DNA of 61,931 nt, counting the filler. It is 7 parts of 7 records of this genome, joined end to end, with 100 filler letters (N's around TTAATTAATTAA, not from the genome) between each part and the next. Parts side by side here need not be neighbours in the genome. Positions count along the whole stretch, not along the records: positions 1 to 5,900 come from SRR31156797_62032; positions 6,001 to 14,619 come from SRR31156797_62083; 5 more parts are not named here. One strand, written 5' to 3'. Positions 1 through 10,039 of this stretch are shown here, one piece after another. The translations under genes and the position numbers were made by a program. The number at the start of each line of letters is the position of its first letter. Position 1 is the stretch's first letter. The notes under the pieces were generated by a model. It was not told the origin of the DNA and ran no database searches. It was given only the letters and a program-made list of their open reading frames with translations.

Positions 1-910
1 GGAAGCGAATACCCGGATCAGTATTGTCCGGCAGATCACAACTTTCTCCGAAATACCCGTTGGAGATGTTGGAGAATTCATTCGGTATTCGGAACGGAGA
101 TTGTGAAGCAAGGGATACGAGGAAATCGTCAATAAAACAATCAAAGAAAACCTGTTCTCGTCGTATTACATCAGCGAATTCGGGTAGTTTCTTCTCAATG
201 GAATTCAGTTCGCTGATGAGGGAACGTAGTTGAGGAACTGTCCATTCATCTCGAGTAATACTGTCCACGACGGCGTCGGTTGAAAGATTCAGAATTGCAC
301 AACCTACGAGATACTCGATCAACGTTAATCCTTTGGATTCCCGGACACCCTGTTTCATGCAGTTCACCCAGAGATCCTCCGCTTTGTCAATCTGGTTCTC
401 CGAGACAAGCCGTTTCCCGTCAAGAACCATCATTTTGCAGATCTGGCGACAGGGGCTCAGTGAAGGGAGCATCAGGCAAAGAGCACTAGGATTTCTGAGT
501 TCCGATGCAGGTGTATCATCTGATGACCACCCAAATCCTCGCTGAAACTTCGGCTTTTCCAGGGATTGTTGAAGCAGAAGAAAAGATCGCTGGTTCGGGC
601 CGGTTTTGAGGAATTCCTGCAGTTCTTTGCACTGCCCATTGGGAAAGCCGTTCTTCATGGCATAGTCCCATTGCTCCCTGAGATTCTCTGGCATGTCCTG
701 ATACGTGTTGATCGCTTCCACGTACGTCCAGAATCCGTTTTCCTCAGCCGGAACTGTTTCCTGAACGAATCCTTTCTTTTCCAGCAGCTCCTTCGGGACG
801 ATCTGCATTGTGTCGCCACGGATCGTCCACGTTTCAGGCTCCGTTTCAACGCCAAGTGCAGGTGTCAGAAGCAGGCCCGCGGCTGCAAGTGCACAGCAGA
901 ATCGTGTCAT
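1..910 (-). CDS. Secreted hypothetical protein, 3' end runs off contig
   Basis: Hand translation (absent from ORF track, no stop): AAGGAG RBS, ATG at 910, signal-like MTRFCCALAAAGLLLTPALG, frame open to base 1. The LMLPSLSPCRQ...TLIEYLVG pattern resembles planctomycete helical hypotheticals (inference). Confidence 0.75.
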   Translation of the reverse strand, partial: MTRFCCALAAAGLLLTPALGVETEPETWTIRGDTMQIVPKELLEKKGFVQETVPAEENGFWTYVEAINTYQDMPENLREQWDYAMKNGFPNGQCKELQEFLKTGPNQRSFLLLQQSLEKPKFQRGFGWSSDDTPASELRNPSALCLMLPSLSPCRQICKMMVLDGKRLVSENQIDKAEDLWVNCMKQGVRESKGLTLIEYLVGCAILNLSTDAVVDSITRDEWTVPQLRSLISELNSIEKKLPEFADVIRREQVFFDCFIDDFLVSLASQSPFRIPNEFSNISNGYFGESCDLPDNTDPGIRF

Positions 911-1048
911 GGTTGCATCTCCTTTATGATGACGAAAGACTCCTCACTCAGCGTGTATTTCGTCTCGCGTCACGTTTCTTACAAAAAAAGAGAAAAATTC
1001 TGAGTTGTTTCAGAATCACACAAGGAAAGCAGGCAGGGGGGAGAATTA

Positions 1049-2686
1049 TTAGTCGAACATGGGGGCCAGATCAGTGTGACTCTCGATGAGGGTATGGAGA
1101 TTGATCAAGTCAGTTCGATCCGTCACCCGCTCGGAATGCTTCTGTCGTGGCGCCTTCACGATCAGCGGAACGTGTGTGCGCGAATCATAATAGGCTTTGG
1201 CATTTCCACCGAAGTCGTCTTGCAGTCTCGGGTCACCAGCAAAGCAATGATCGCTGGTCACGATGATCAGGGATGAATCATATCGTCCGCTTGCCTTCAA
1301 GGAGGAGATCAAATCACCCAGAAGGGTATCCGCATATCGGAGATTAGCTTGATAGCCTTCCACGACTGCCTCTGGATTATCGTAGCCGACTTCTGGCGTA
1401 TTCCCTTCCAGCAGCAGAATGTCCGATCGCAGCCCATCCCGATCGCACGCAAACGGCGGGTGCGGAACACCATAAAAGATCACTGCAAAATCTGGTCCTT
1501 CAGCATCGGAGACAATCGTTCGAGCTCGCTCATGAATCACTTCATTCATTTTCGCGAAGTGCCAGTTGCCATAGTCAAGCAGGGGAATCCCTATCCGCCA
1601 TCGCACTGCCAGTGGAGCAGGAATCGATTTCAGAAAACGGATCATCCCGTATCCGAGGTGCCAGCCCGCACGTCCAGCCAGACCTGCTTCATGCTTCGTG
1701 ACCGGTAGACTGTTCACGTACAGTCCGTCATCTACATCTTCCCCGACGAAATGATGCCATGGATACCCCCAACCCGCATAGTGGGTCTGGTACCCCGATT
1801 CCTTCATCCAGGAAAAGAGATTCCGCTCTCCGCGCATCTCCCTGAACAGTCGATGAACCGGATCATAAAACCGGCAACGCCCGGAGTCCTCCAGCACGAA
1901 ATGGGATGGCGTCTGGAAGAACAACTGCGGAATCGATTGCATCGTCGGAATGTAGGGAGAGTATGCCTCCTCGTATACCGTTGAATCTTCAACAAGTGAC
2001 ATCAGATGAGGCCATTCAGCCTCCATGTCGATTGGATCCGTTTCGCCCAGCGATCGTGTCCATGACCATGCATCGAACAGTATCACGTATACATCGGGAG
2101 TTGTTTCAGTACCGGTAAATGCCAGGGGCTGAATCTCATGAGAGTCACAAGTCTTTGGGCTTACGCCATAGGTGGGCCACGCAAACATCTGTAGCGCAAG
2201 AAGACCACCTGCGACACAGAATCCGATACACGCTTTCCGGAATCCCAGGGGGATCTTTTCAAATCGTTGATGCAAACTCAACAGTGCCAGTACAGCACAG
2301 AGACAGAGAATCCCCATGCAAACCGAGCTCCATGGACCGCTCCCGGAAACCAGTCCCTTATGCAGGAAAGCCGTCACGCCAACACCCGCTACAAGAACGA
2401 ACAGGGCTGTTTTCAGTGATGTCAGCCAGTGCAATCCGATGCGATCAATGATCCGACCTGTCGCAAACAAGCAGGCACCGAGCCCGACAATCATTCCGAG
2501 AATCAACCACGGATCAGCCGAATCCCAGTGGGCTGAGTATCGGTTTTCCGCGTTCGTCAACAGGCGGATATGATCCCAGAAAAAAAGCGTAGCCAGGCCG
2601 ACGCACGCAGCAAAACGGGCAGGCAATGCGGAACGGATTGTTTGTTTCGGTTCATCCATGATGCAATGGGAGCGTACGCAGTCCAT
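1049..2686 (-). CDS. Membrane-anchored sulfatase-like / alkaline phosphatase superfamily hydrolase-transferase
   Basis: About 5 N-terminal TM helices, then PDVYVILFDAW, PHPPF, YADTLLGDLI, IIVTSDH and THVPLIVK motifs. True start may be ATG 2659. Confidence 0.8.
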   Translation of the reverse strand: MDCVRSHCIMDEPKQTIRSALPARFAACVGLATLFFWDHIRLLTNAENRYSAHWDSADPWLILGMIVGLGACLFATGRIIDRIGLHWLTSLKTALFVLVAGVGVTAFLHKGLVSGSGPWSSVCMGILCLCAVLALLSLHQRFEKIPLGFRKACIGFCVAGGLLALQMFAWPTYGVSPKTCDSHEIQPLAFTGTETTPDVYVILFDAWSWTRSLGETDPIDMEAEWPHLMSLVEDSTVYEEAYSPYIPTMQSIPQLFFQTPSHFVLEDSGRCRFYDPVHRLFREMRGERNLFSWMKESGYQTHYAGWGYPWHHFVGEDVDDGLYVNSLPVTKHEAGLAGRAGWHLGYGMIRFLKSIPAPLAVRWRIGIPLLDYGNWHFAKMNEVIHERARTIVSDAEGPDFAVIFYGVPHPPFACDRDGLRSDILLLEGNTPEVGYDNPEAVVEGYQANLRYADTLLGDLISSLKASGRYDSSLIIVTSDHCFAGDPRLQDDFGGNAKAYYDSRTHVPLIVKAPRQKHSERVTDRTDLINLHTLIESHTDLAPMFD

Positions 2687-2738
2687 TCACGCTCGTAAAC
2701 GTGTCAGGTATTCACAGTCTCAGTGGTATGCAGGCGTG

Positions 2739-2897
2739 CTACTGACCTGACTTTGGCTTGAATCGACGGAAGAAAGAAACAATCGGATTCCAGAAGAACG
2801 TCAGCACGGCTGCGACCATTGCTCCCAGTCCCTGCAGAAGGAGACTCCCGGTACCGGGGTCGATATATCCAAGACAATACGAAACTTCATGTGTCAT
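2739..2897 (-). CDS. 52-aa small membrane protein with YIDPGTGS motif
   Basis: Below ORF-track cutoff. GGAG RBS; MTHEVSYCLGYIDPGTGSLLLQGLGAMVAAVLTFFWNPIVSFFRRFKPKSGQ; one TM helix and a basic tail; directly upstream of the sulfatase-like gene. Confidence 0.75.
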   Translation of the reverse strand: MTHEVSYCLGYIDPGTGSLLLQGLGAMVAAVLTFFWNPIVSFFRRFKPKSGQ

Positions 2898-3130
2898 AGT
2901 GGACTCCTGTGTGCTTATACAATTTCGTTTTTCTGCTGGTCCATGCCAGTCTCACTGGGATTATCGGAATGAAAGAAGGGCGGGATTAGCTATCCGTAAG
3001 ACCGATAAATTCACTCTCTGGAAGAGGGAAAAAGGCTGTTCTGGAGTAACATTGTACACTATTATGGGGTATAGCCCGCACGGGTGAAAACTGACGATCA
3101 TCATTCAACGCAGTAAGGAGAGCCGAAGGT

Positions 3131-4033
3131 ATGCCCAGGTCCGCAATCAGATCGCTTCTGACAGTCTCATGTCTGTTCATCGCAGTAACGAGTATCGCCT
3201 GCTCCGACAACACCGCAGACATCTCACGCTATGCCCCGATGGGTGAAGAAAAAGTCTTCTTCGAAGCCGAAGGGCAGGGCAAGCCGGTTCTGGTGTTTAT
3301 CCATGGCTGGTCCTGTGACCTGACTTTCTGGCAGGAGCAGATGGATTATTTCAAAGACAAATACCGCGTACTTGCCCTGGACCTCCCCGGACACGGCCAG
3401 AGCACCCAACCGGAGGTCGATTACACGTTGGATTACTTTGCTGAGGGAGTCAAAGATGTCCTTGATGATGCTGGCGTCAAGAAAGCCTTCCTGGTCGGGC
3501 ACAGCATGGGTTATCCCGTCGCGCGTCAGTTCATTAAGAACTACCCCGATCGCGCTGAAGGAATGTGTATCGTCGATGGCGCTTTCTTCCGAATCCCGGA
3601 CGACCCGATTGATGTCAAACGCTGGACACAGGATATGCGGGAGTTCACCAAGCGTTTCGAGGCGGAGGACCGCGACAAGTTCCTGGTGCAGTTCATTGAT
3701 TCACTCTTTGGCATCAACACACCTGAAAAACTGCAGGAGAAAATCCGTGATAAGATGATGAGCACACCGGCTCATGTCGGCAACAGTGCAATGAAGGAAA
3801 TGGTCAAGGCCGAAAACTGGGATGAATTTTCAATCGATCTACCGGTTCTCATCGTCTATGCCGAGAGTATCCATTTACCCGAAGACCACCAGGAATACCT
3901 GGCTGCTCAGTTTCCCGATATGGAGTACCATGAAATGGAAGACGTCGGTCACTTCATTATGATGGAAAAGGTCGAAGAGTTTAACCTGATCCTGGAGAAC
4001 TATCTCCAGAACCGCTTCCCGCAAAAGAAATAA
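3131..4033 (+). CDS. Alpha/beta fold hydrolase, probable lipoprotein
   Basis: FIHGW oxyanion motif, DLPGHG, GHSMG nucleophile elbow, C-terminal GHF; lipobox-like SIAC; AAGGAG upstream. Confidence 0.9.
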   Translation: MPRSAIRSLLTVSCLFIAVTSIACSDNTADISRYAPMGEEKVFFEAEGQGKPVLVFIHGWSCDLTFWQEQMDYFKDKYRVLALDLPGHGQSTQPEVDYTLDYFAEGVKDVLDDAGVKKAFLVGHSMGYPVARQFIKNYPDRAEGMCIVDGAFFRIPDDPIDVKRWTQDMREFTKRFEAEDRDKFLVQFIDSLFGINTPEKLQEKIRDKMMSTPAHVGNSAMKEMVKAENWDEFSIDLPVLIVYAESIHLPEDHQEYLAAQFPDMEYHEMEDVGHFIMMEKVEEFNLILENYLQNRFPQKK

Positions 4034-4052
4034 CGCATAGTACTTTCAACAT

Positions 4053-4090
4053 AAGGGCAGGACGACCAATGTGTCATCCTGCCCTTTCTT
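4053..4090. terminator. Intrinsic terminator hairpin between convergent genes
   Basis: AAGGGCAGGACGAC...GTCATCCTGCCCTT stem followed by T-rich tract. Confidence 0.65.
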
Positions 4091-4151
4091 GTTGTAAGTT
4101 CTGGCTCAGCAGGGTTCTTGAAATGTGCACCAGCTACTAATGCCTACGTGC

Positions 4152-5054
4152 CTATTGCCTTCTTTCCAACGGCTCAAACCGAAACTCCCTCACAACCACC
4201 TCAATCGGATCCGGCTTCGAAGGTGAATCCCCAACACCATCGCCATCGCCATCCACAAGCCAGAGGTTAATCCGTGCATGCGTCGTCGGACCTGGTTTCG
4301 GAATCCCGACAGGCTCCGAGTTCGTTCCATTCGCCCATTCTCCTGGTGCCCTGCGGGGGGGATGGTTTGGCTGATACGTCCAGGCAGCCACCAGTTTCTC
4401 CGGATTCATTCCCGAGCCTTCATACGTGGAGTAATGAATCACATCAGGAGTCCAGTGCATGCGATGTGTCGTGATGGTCTCTGTCTGTTTGAGCATGTAC
4501 CCCGCATACCGCTCATGGTATTTCCCTTCCGGAACATCCGGACCTCTTGTCGGCTGAACCGAGAAGTACAGGTTTAACGCATCCGGCTCCGTCCAGCGGG
4601 AGATTTCAACATCAAGTTCCGCATTCGCATCCGTCGGGAAGGTGTTGTCGTCCCAGGTAAACATCCCCAGCACAACGTTCGGATCGAGCAGATCCAATCG
4701 GCCCTCGAGTTCAAACACGTATGTACCGTACCCGACCGGCTCACTAGTCACGATTTCCGTCGAGTACCAGTTCCCGTCTCTTTCCGCAAGAATCAGGTGA
4801 AGCTTTCCGTCTTCATCCACAAACACTGCCTTTTCATCACTTGCAAACCGGTTGGGTCCCGGCCCTACAAGGCTGTCGCTGAGCTTGATCCTCCAGTCAT
4901 ACCCCGAGAAACGGATCATCCCGTCTTGAAGGGCGGGTGATTTCGTCTGGCTGCAACCAGTAAAAGTTGCGAGAGCAACTATCAGTAGACAGAAGGCGAC
5001 AGTGTAGTGGAATCGCAATACGGTTGAAGCAGCAACTGTTTTCATCGTCATCAT
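4152..5054 (-). CDS. Glycoside hydrolase family 16-like lipoprotein
   Basis: ELDVE matches the GH16 ExDxE catalytic motif; GYGTY, WTP; lipobox FTGC. Confidence 0.75.
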   Translation of the reverse strand: MMTMKTVAASTVLRFHYTVAFCLLIVALATFTGCSQTKSPALQDGMIRFSGYDWRIKLSDSLVGPGPNRFASDEKAVFVDEDGKLHLILAERDGNWYSTEIVTSEPVGYGTYVFELEGRLDLLDPNVVLGMFTWDDNTFPTDANAELDVEISRWTEPDALNLYFSVQPTRGPDVPEGKYHERYAGYMLKQTETITTHRMHWTPDVIHYSTYEGSGMNPEKLVAAWTYQPNHPPRRAPGEWANGTNSEPVGIPKPGPTTHARINLWLVDGDGDGVGDSPSKPDPIEVVVREFRFEPLERRQ

Positions 5055-5283
5055 CCTGAATTCCCTTTTGTTCAGATCTTCATTAAGAAAAAAGTATATG
5101 CATGACTATTTTAAGAATCGGCAGGTTCTGGACAAGTAAAAGAGAGCACGGTCAATGAAAAGAATCCGTCTCGACTTTATTCCACGCAAAAAACAAAGTT
5201 TTTCCTCGTGAAAAGAAAAGATGGGGTGGATCATATACGATCCTCCGCCATCTTTTCGAGATTCGAGTTGGATAGAAGATGCC

Positions 5284-5900
5284 TTATCGTTTGACTGCAA
5301 CGATGAATGTACGTCCGCAATCCAGGAATGTTCCTTCATTGAGAACGGCTTGCTCAGTAATAAAGTATTGTTCTTCCAGGAGCCGGATCACATCCTGGAG
5401 CCCATCTCCTTCGTGCTTGGGCGGGTGGGATTCAAACAGCAGCAAACCCTCGGGCTTCAACAGATCCCGACACTTGCGGAAATAGCTCTTGATGTCCTGT
5501 CGCGTATTCCCGTCATACGTGGAATGGTTCGCAAATGACAGCACCGCATCATACTGTTCGCTCGGGATCAGCTCCTCGAAACTGATCGTATCGAAGTTCG
5601 TATTGGTCAGCCCCAGGTAATCCGCAATAAGATTCGAAATCTCAATCAAGTGTGGATTAATATCAAAACCGTCAACATGCTTTGCCGTTTCCGCAACAGC
5701 ACACGATAAAAAACCCGTGTTCGATCCGATCTCCAGAACCGTCTTGTCCTTGAGTCGTTCCGCCAGTCTCATCGAGGACATCCGCGCCGTCGTATCTCTC
5801 AGCCCGGAAACCCCGATCTTGTCATATCCCTGGTAAAAATACCCGGCACCGTAGTCATAGCTTCCCCATTCCTCTGATGCTTTCGCCAGGAGCTGGTGTA
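5284..5900 (-). CDS. Class I SAM-dependent methyltransferase, 5' truncated
   Basis: VLEIGSNTG motif I, GFDIN, YDAVL, LKPEGLLLFE; frame stays open from 5781 to contig edge. Confidence 0.85.
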
Positions 5901-6000
5901 NNNNNNNNNNNNNNNNNNNNNNNNNNNNNNNNNNNNNNNNNNNNTTAATTAATTAANNNNNNNNNNNNNNNNNNNNNNNNNNNNNNNNNNNNNNNNNNNN
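5901..6000. other. Artificial contig spacer
   Basis: N44-TTAATTAATTAA-N44, stops in all six frames. Confidence 0.99.
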
Positions 6001-6088
6001 ATCCTCGGAATATCAACTATATGCCTGTGGTAAAATTTTAAACACGCCTTGCTCTCAAACCAAAATCCTCATTTCTGGACAGACACCA
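6001..6088. repeat. Partial REP/MITE-like intergenic element at contig start
   Basis: Ends AAAATCCTCATTTCTGGACAGACAC; shares AAAATCCTCATTT with 8336-8348. Core ATCCTCGGAATAT..ATATGCCTGTGG resembles ATCCTCAGCGTA..TACGCCTGCGG at about 14389-14418. Confidence 0.55.
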
Positions 6089-6145
6089 GATGAGAGCAAC
6101 GAGTACCACTTTCATCGCGACACAACAGGTCGGCATTACAAGCCA

Positions 6146-8242
6146 ATGAACTTACTCAATTGCATATTCCTCACCACTTTATTGCTGTTACTGCATGCCT
6201 TCTCCCCATCACTAACGCTAGCAGAAGCCAAACGCGAAGCAGCTATCGACATAAATATCCAACCGACAGCTAAATCTACACTTTTTAACAAAGTCGCTGT
6301 TCTCCCTTTTGTTGGCAGTCACCCAGCGCTTCAAGAGCTACGCTCTTTTTTTCATCTCCAGCTTGAGCAAACAAATAAGTATTCGCTCATGGCAGCCAGC
6401 CAGACTGACTTCCTGCTCGAAAAACAAAAGGACAACGCCGAAACAACAAAAAAGACCTCATCTCTTTCTGTGGTTACAAAAGGTAAAAAGCTGCAGAGCA
6501 GAGGTATCATTACAGGCAGAATCAACCACATGCAGGGGCCCTCAGGACGTGTAGTTACTGTTAATGACCATTTCCGAATGCTCATAACCCTGTGGGACAT
6601 CCAGACAGCAAAGCCTGTCTGGGACATTACCATAGACATACCCCAAGCTTCAGAAACCGCTCCACTGGATGAAGCTATTTTCACAGATGCGTTGCAGCAA
6701 GCAACCCGTCTTTTACAGAATCGCCTCATCCGTATGGGAGCGATCTACACACCAAAAATTCCTGCTCCTGCCGTTATATCCAAACAAGGCGCTATTCGAA
6801 AAACCCGAGTAGTTGTTCAACCGACCCCCGAATCTCTTCATGCCAGCTATCAACTGCTTCGCGCAGAAACTGCTGCCGGCATATTCTACCCCGTAGGCCA
6901 TCCAACAGTTGGCACCACAGCCCCCTTGACCCTGGAAGATGAGAACCTGGAAGACGCCACTACCTATTGGTATACGGTAACAGGCTACGACTCAGCCGGA
7001 CTTGCAAGCATACCTGGCCAGCCTTTCCCCATTACCACAAAGGGTAAGCCCCAGGCTGTTACAAAAGTCGATGCAACAGGCAACGACCTGCGTCAGGTTA
7101 AGCTCTCGTGGGAGCTTTCAAAAGATCCCGACGTTACAGCCTATGTCATCTATCGTAAAACCAAAGAGGCTGGAGCATTTATGAAAGTCACGGAAATAAA
7201 TGACCGTGACCAGCAAAACTATCTGGATCGAGGAAGAGCCAGCTCATATGAAAGCTATGGGAAACTTGCTGACAACACCGAGTATTTTTACACGGTCCGC
7301 AGTAGAAACAATGTCAAAGTAGAAAGCGAGGACTCACCTGTTGTTTCTGCGCTAACCAAGGGCGCGCCCGCCCCACCCACCCAACTGCAAGCCATTGACA
7401 ATCAGCCGCGCAAAGTTTCCTTATCATGGAAAGAAGACAGCGATCCGCACACCAAAGGCTATGCTCTCTTCAGGGCCGCCAAAGAGGCTGGTCCTTTTTC
7501 CCAAATCGCTTTTATTGAAGGCCGCCTGACCCAAAAAACCGTTGACCAAGGCTCTTTTAACAACAGACTGCTCGACAATACCCGCTATTACTACAAGCTG
7601 CAGGCTGTTAATGTGGTAAATAACCACTCACAGGATTCACAAATCGTTGCCGCCACAACCAAGCCCGTACCAAAGGCAGTTACCCCACTGGCGCTCTCTC
7701 AAAACCTTGTTAAAAAAGCCGAAATTGGCTGGCAGGCAAACCCCGAGACAGACATTTACCAGTATGAAATCTTTCGTGGCGATCTATCAAACGATATATC
7801 GAAAAAAGTAGCCACAATCCCTGCTGATCGATACAGGTTTATGGATACAGGTCTAGCCGACGGTCACACCTATTGGTACGCAATTCGTGCCATTGATCAT
7901 GACAGCCTTAAAGGTACGTTTTCTGCTCCCATTAAAAAATCGACCAAACCCCGGCCAGCCACCCCCACCAATCTTAAAGCAACTCCTGCTAAGCAAAGTA
8001 TCCTTCTCACTTGGGACAAAAGCAGCGAAAAAGATATTGTGTACTACAGAGTAATGACTATTGGGTTTCTCAACCAAGAAATCGGGCGAACCTTCACCAA
8101 TCAATTTCTTGTCACCCAAGAGATCGAAGCAGGCAGGGAATATAGGTTTCAAATACTGGCCGTTGACAAAGACGAACTGGAGAGTAACAAGTCAGAGACC
8201 CTTTCCATCCGCCTTCCTCCTACTCCAGAAAAGAATAACTAG
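6146..8242 (+). CDS. Exported fibronectin type III repeat protein
   Basis: Signal peptide; N-terminal VAVLPF...LWDIQTAKPVW domain; about 5 FN3 repeats (LSW...Y.IYR...Y.Y.V.A). Confidence 0.85.
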   Translation: MNLLNCIFLTTLLLLLHAFSPSLTLAEAKREAAIDINIQPTAKSTLFNKVAVLPFVGSHPALQELRSFFHLQLEQTNKYSLMAASQTDFLLEKQKDNAETTKKTSSLSVVTKGKKLQSRGIITGRINHMQGPSGRVVTVNDHFRMLITLWDIQTAKPVWDITIDIPQASETAPLDEAIFTDALQQATRLLQNRLIRMGAIYTPKIPAPAVISKQGAIRKTRVVVQPTPESLHASYQLLRAETAAGIFYPVGHPTVGTTAPLTLEDENLEDATTYWYTVTGYDSAGLASIPGQPFPITTKGKPQAVTKVDATGNDLRQVKLSWELSKDPDVTAYVIYRKTKEAGAFMKVTEINDRDQQNYLDRGRASSYESYGKLADNTEYFYTVRSRNNVKVESEDSPVVSALTKGAPAPPTQLQAIDNQPRKVSLSWKEDSDPHTKGYALFRAAKEAGPFSQIAFIEGRLTQKTVDQGSFNNRLLDNTRYYYKLQAVNVVNNHSQDSQIVAATTKPVPKAVTPLALSQNLVKKAEIGWQANPETDIYQYEIFRGDLSNDISKKVATIPADRYRFMDTGLADGHTYWYAIRAIDHDSLKGTFSAPIKKSTKPRPATPTNLKATPAKQSILLTWDKSSEKDIVYYRVMTIGFLNQEIGRTFTNQFLVTQEIEAGREYRFQILAVDKDELESNKSETLSIRLPPTPEKNN

Positions 8243-8362
8243 CGCCCGTCCATAAATGGCCTTTTCACTCAATTTCGGCGTTGTGCTCAAAATTTATCGC
8301 ACGCCCCAGGGTCTACGCTCACCTCAACTTAAACGAAAATCCTCATTTATAGGCGGCCAATA
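8240..8362. repeat. REP/MITE-like element with imperfect terminal inverted repeats
   Basis: Left TAGCGCCCGTCCATAAATG (supplies the upstream TAG stop), right CATTTATAGGCGGCCAATA; related to 6001-6088. Confidence 0.55.
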
Positions 8363-8400
8363 ACGACAAACCGGATACCTGCTCCTCATTACTTGTTTAA

Positions 8401-9270
8401 TCAACCTCTCTCATTTACAAGTGAACGCAGCAGCAGCAGATTTTCTTTATCTTCTTTCAGATCTTTGCCCTTTGGCGTTTCCAGAGTCATCGGCAGGCCC
8501 TTAAATCTGGCATCATTCACAAGCTGACGAAATCCCTCAAGACCGATACATCCTCTGCCGATGTGTTCATGACGATCAACCCTGCTGCCGCAGTCTTTTT
8601 TCGAATCATTAAGATGAAAAAAATCAATATGCTGCAGCCCTACCGTATCCTCCAACAATGAGAACGTTTGCTTGTAGCTTACAGAGTCGCGCAAGTCATA
8701 CCCAGCAGCAAAAATGTGGCAGGTATCAACACAAATCCCAAGATGTGCTCCATATTGACTTTGCTGCAACAGCCAGCTCAGTTCTTCAAACCTGCTCCCC
8801 AGCCCTGTGCCTTGCCCAGCGGTAGTTTCAAGCAACAACCTGGTTTTATGGTTGGTAATATCGGCCTCAACAAATGCGGCATCAATGTTCTTCACCACAT
8901 TTTCCAGACCACGTTCAACCCCGTCACCGCCATGGCTCCCAGGATGAATGACAACGTACTCTACACCCAACTGCCTGCACCTGAGCAGTTCATCGACCAA
9001 GGCCTTAATCGCTTTTTCAGCTTTAACAGAATCAGAACTGGCTAGATTGATAAGATAAGAAGCGTGTGACGCAACCGGCATCCAACCTGCTTTTTCCCAG
9101 GCGCTGCGGAACAAATCGACCTCCTCCGTCTTCATGGGAGGTGCGTGCCACTGCCTTTGATTGCGAGTAAAAATCTGTAACGACTCACCGCCGACTTCTG
9201 CAATCCGCTCAAATGCCAGCTCAACCCCGCCGGCTACCGATTCATGGGCTCCCAATAAAGGCATATTCAA
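8401..9270 (-). CDS. nfo: Endonuclease IV
   Basis: GAHES, HASYLINLAS, HPGS, ETTAGQG, DTCHIFAAGYD, HLNDSK, DRHEHIG, ETPK. Confidence 0.97.
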   Translation of the reverse strand: MNMPLLGAHESVAGGVELAFERIAEVGGESLQIFTRNQRQWHAPPMKTEEVDLFRSAWEKAGWMPVASHASYLINLASSDSVKAEKAIKALVDELLRCRQLGVEYVVIHPGSHGGDGVERGLENVVKNIDAAFVEADITNHKTRLLLETTAGQGTGLGSRFEELSWLLQQSQYGAHLGICVDTCHIFAAGYDLRDSVSYKQTFSLLEDTVGLQHIDFFHLNDSKKDCGSRVDRHEHIGRGCIGLEGFRQLVNDARFKGLPMTLETPKGKDLKEDKENLLLLRSLVNERG

Positions 9271-9282
9271 CCCTCTCCTTTT

Positions 9283-10035
9283 CTACATCTTCCAATGTTG
9301 CTCAAGATAATCCAAACCGCTATGATTGGTCACATCCAGTTGAATCGGGGTCACCGAAATGTACCCCTGGCGGACCGCCTGTTCATCTGTATTATCGCCT
9401 CCAGACCAGTGCGCAGTGCCCCCGCCGATCCAGTAATGCTTTCTGCCCCATGGATCACATATTTCCTGAATAGCGTCCTTATAAACCCTTCTCCCTTGGC
9501 AGGTAAAGCGGATACCCTGTATTTTGCCTGCCACAAGAGACGGAACATTGATATTGAGTAAACTGCCAGGCGGCAGCTTAAAGGCAAGCGCCATGGAAGC
9601 AAGCTTCCAAGCTACACCGGCAGCAACCTCAAAACAAAACGGATGGTTCCCTTCCAGAGAAAATGCCAACGAGGGAATATCATACATAGTTCCCTCAATG
9701 GCTGCCGAAACAGTCCCTGAGTAACTGATATCATCACCAAGGTTGGCACCAGGGTTAATACCGGAGACAATCAATGCCGGTCGCCTGTCCAGTATCTTGT
9801 TCAAGGCGATGGTCACGCAATCCGTCGGGGTTCCATCGAGGGTATAAATGTACTCGTCCAGTCGCACCACCCGCAAAGGTCTGTTCATGGTGATGGAATG
9901 GCTCACCGCCGAATTATCTCGTTCCGGTGCAACCACTACAGCTTCGCCCAGAGTACTCACAGCATCGTGCAACGCCTGCAGACCGGGCGCATGAACACCA
10001 TCATCGTTGGTGACTAAAATAAGAGGCTTTGTCAT
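9283..10035 (-). CDS. surE: 5'/3'-nucleotidase SurE
   Basis: ILVTNDDG, GTPTDCV, SGINPGANLG, YSGTVSAA. Confidence 0.97.
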   Translation of the reverse strand: MTKPLILVTNDDGVHAPGLQALHDAVSTLGEAVVVAPERDNSAVSHSITMNRPLRVVRLDEYIYTLDGTPTDCVTIALNKILDRRPALIVSGINPGANLGDDISYSGTVSAAIEGTMYDIPSLAFSLEGNHPFCFEVAAGVAWKLASMALAFKLPPGSLLNINVPSLVAGKIQGIRFTCQGRRVYKDAIQEICDPWGRKHYWIGGGTAHWSGGDNTDEQAVRQGYISVTPIQLDVTNHSGLDYLEQHWKM

Positions 10036-10039
10036 GGGG

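Noticed and set aside
5945-5956. Recurring palindrome TTAATTAATTAA
   Set aside because: Synthetic all-frame stop linker inside N runs; ORFs containing X residues are artefacts.
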